Below, in pieces: positions 61,201 through 64,000 of a stretch of DNA of 64,000 nucleotides. Below the pieces are notes generated by a model. The model did no database searches, was not told the DNA's origin, and saw nothing but the letters and a program-made list of their open reading frames with translations. Source of the stretch: Macrostomum lignano (taxonomy: Eukaryota); assembly GCA_002269645.1 (NCBI GenBank), contig NIVC01003473.1, forward strand, positions 32,142 through 96,141, written 5' to 3'. Within the stretch, counting starts at the first letter, position 1. Each line of letters begins with the position of its first letter. A program made the translations under genes and the position numbers.

Positions 61201-63880
61201 TGAACGTGTGGACTTCCGCGACTCTGATATTCTATGCGAAACCAATAATCGTTTACTTTCCAGTGCTCGACCAAAAAACGTTTCAAACATGTTTCAAATC
61301 GCAACCAAAACACAGTGTCTGCCATTCCGGGATCTTTTTGCAACTTTGACAACATTTCTGCTCTTAGTTCTACATTGCTTTCATATTGCTCTGCATCGAT
61401 TCCCCAGGCATGCTGCAACTCTGGCCAATGTACATCTGCTGCCGATAGTGTCACGAAAAAATGAGGAACACCAAGCGTTCGAATCATGGCTTCCAATTGC
61501 CGTCCTTTACTCTGCCAATAAGCGCTTGTGCCTCGCAAATCTGATGCTCGAACTGACACGCTAGCCAATACTGCCGGGTCATTTAGTGCTTCAATCATTT
61601 CCTTGGCACTTAATCCAGCATACTTGTTGTCGTGTACAAACACGCGACCAACTTCCAGCGCCCTCCACACGCATCACCATATTTTCAATGTAAAATTTAA
61701 ACCGCAAATCGGTACGAAATCTTGGACACCGGAATTGCATCAAATGCTTTGCATAGTCGCCCAAACTTAGTCCAAAATTACGTGGCGTACTATAATCTCC
61801 TGCTCCATCCGGAAAGAGATGAGGATAAGCCAATGTAAAATATCCTTCATCCTGAAATTCGTTTACCGGCTCGTTGCTTCTTGCTGGCCATTTCAATTTT
61901 TCACTCAAAATTTGTCTCGTACTGCCGATTCCAATCGACGCAAAGGAGTCTCCAACAGCGAACTAATTGTTTCCTCGAGCTCGTTCGTCTCGTCCGCATT
62001 TTTTTTCTACTTGTTGCTGCAATCGCTCAGCTCTGGCTGAGCCGCCTTCTTGCTGTGCCGCCTCGAAATTCACTTCATTGTCAGACTGCATTTCGACAAT
62101 CATACTTCTACTTGATGAGCATAACCATCTTCAGGCAGATGTAGCAACGCATCATTATTCATTGAAACCTGATACTGTCTAAAGTACTTGTTGTTTGCCA
62201 TTAAATAGCGCATCGCATTAGTCACTTTGTCGCGTCGAACTCGCAAATTGTTCATTGTGCCGCTTTGCGCTTCTCCAGGCTGAACACGGGCTCTTTCGTC
62301 GTACATTAAAACAACTGGCAGAGATCGTCTTGCAGCTCTCGCAAAACGTGCGACTGATCTTGAGGCAACATGATTCGCGTGTCCTCTCGATTTTGTTTGC
62401 TTTTGGGGAAAAATTTGTACCACAACAATAACCGACAAAAACTGGCGAAATCAACATTTGCTCTGCTACACTCAAATCTTGCAAATCTTCTGGCTGCTCC
62501 AACATCGGAATCGCATTGTTTTCTTGCTAAACGATTTCGGCTCATTGTCATCTCTGAAACAACGATCGCACATGTCTTCAGAATCGATGCTAAAATATTT
62601 TCCAGGAAACTTTTCCCTACACACGTAGCACTGTTTCAAATGTGATACTTTTGTTATGTTTTCATTGAAAAAGTCTTGCCTCATCTTTTTGAACTGGTCT
62701 GTGAACGGATTGCGAAGGCACTTTGGCAGATTAGGATCTCCGATTTCATCTTCAACAATTGGAGCATCTTGACGCTTCTCTGAAGTGCTGCTCTGCGGAA
62801 CATTTTCTTTAGCTGGCTGCTGCTCCATTGTAGGCCGCTTTCTGGGTGACGAACGGATCGCTTCATCAGGCTTCTCCTGAGTAGCACGTGTCTTTCGTGG
62901 TGATGAATACGTAGAAGTAGCTGGAATATTATCAGACTGACGTTTATCTTGCTGCTCCTGCTGCAAAGGTGCCGTCTTCCTAGCGACGATCGAACGGGTT
63001 CGCAGATATGATTTTCTGCGTTTGTCAATCTCTGTTTCCGTGGTAAAGAATTTGCATAGTTGACCACTTGCTGCTGGTTTTTCAAACGCTCGCTGCGACG
63101 AGTAGGAGCACTTGGTACAACGTCGCTCTTCTTTTCTCGACCTCTTCCTTTTTCCAAATGGCAAGAAACGCTTGAAACCGCCGAAACTGAGTCGCCACAA
63201 CCGATGCAACTGCAACATGGTGCTCTCCGAGTGCGACTGCTTCTTCTCAATAAGCTCTGACCAGATACACTAGAGGCTGCAACAGACACAGACTCTAATG
63301 TGTTTGCTTTAGCGCTCAGTCGACTACTCCGACGCGTAGCGCAACTTGCCTTCCCAACATCCTTTTTACGCCGACTGCGCCGCGGAACATTGATGGCACG
63401 GACTCTGACACACGATCACTTTTAACTGACTCTGACACATGCTCAATTTCAACTGACTCTGCGCTATCCTCCGCGTCAAGATCGACATTCCAATTCCAGA
63501 CAGAGTTGTTCCGATCCCGAAGCACTTCATATGAATTCGGATGCGCAAACAAACTCGTATTATTTTCCAAGGACTTTGCTTGATTTCTACAACGTCCCTT
63601 CCAATGCCTACTTTGAACTCGGTCCAGTCTGCAACCTTTTCAAAAGGCGTCATTGGTGGAGCTGGAGGTGGCATCATTACAACAGGATCTTCGACAACAT
63701 GAACATTCTCGTTGAGAGGGGCATTTCCACATTCTTGGCGCTCAAATCTCCTTGGCCAGTCGGCCGAACTGAGCTTGCTTCATTAACTTCCAAATCATTG
63801 ACACGAACGATTCGTAGTGTTGACTACAGGATTAAACAACAATCGAATAGTAGCCAAACGTTCTCCAATATTCGGTCGGA
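58291..63880 (-). mobile_element. Helitron2/Helentron-clade Rep-Pif1 helicase, frameshifted into several ORFs; no APE endonuclease after the helicase
   Basis: N-terminal CYVC..CDRC finger; FTLAYPHLFPDG; HUH motif WFRIEYQSRGSPHVH; YLIKYATK; helicase GSAGTGK, IFIDEFSM, IGDVFQLPPV, EQVRQ, QFPLRLAWASTIHKSQGLT, FYTAVSRV; stop at 58291; 5' end probably outside the window. Confidence 0.95.
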
Positions 63881-64000
63881 ATAATGGCAGGCCGCGCTAG
63901 ATTAAGCATGTTTGACTGATAAATAAACACTTCTAGCCGCAACAGTTCACAATTAGTTCTGGAACTCCGCATGGCACGTACATACGGGACGCCTTGTATC

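Noticed and set aside
63531-63884. 117-aa plus-strand ORF, and other plus-strand ORFs over 58600-63300
   Set aside because: Antisense shadows of the Helitron coding strand.

Overview
Eukaryotic (invertebrate-like) genomic DNA, very rich in tandem repeats; the style suggests a flatworm such as Macrostomum, but that is a guess. Host genes: (1) a spliced Elk-subfamily KCNH (Kv12) potassium channel on + with 13 coding exons at 10450-28587, all splice phases compatible and exon 1 not found in the window; (2) a two-exon tetraspanin on - (31370-29907); (3) exon 1 of an LMAN2/VIP36-type lectin on + (53634-53796). Most KCNH introns carry their own private minisatellite. The 22 kb between the divergent tetraspanin and LMAN2 starts is a nest of mobile-element remnants: hAT-type MITE, tRNA-SINE, USP-like protease remnant, Polinton/Maverick major-capsid fragment, an AlkB dioxygenase domain upstream of a LINE ORF1, two Ingi-like LINEs inserted with target-site duplications into one (CAG)n tract, a second LINE ORF1, a degenerate hammerhead motif, a NOF/MULE transposase remnant, and a Gypsy integrase with orphan ORFs downstream. 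The last 8.7 kb hold a 3-kb 15-bp satellite abutting a nearly complete Helitron2/Helentron-type Rep-helicase on -. Best leads: the AlkB-ORF1 arrangement, CAG-tract targeting by Ingi-like LINEs, the Helitron-satellite junction, the Polinton capsid relic and the intron-private minisatellites. All assignments come from manual motif reading; no database searches were run.
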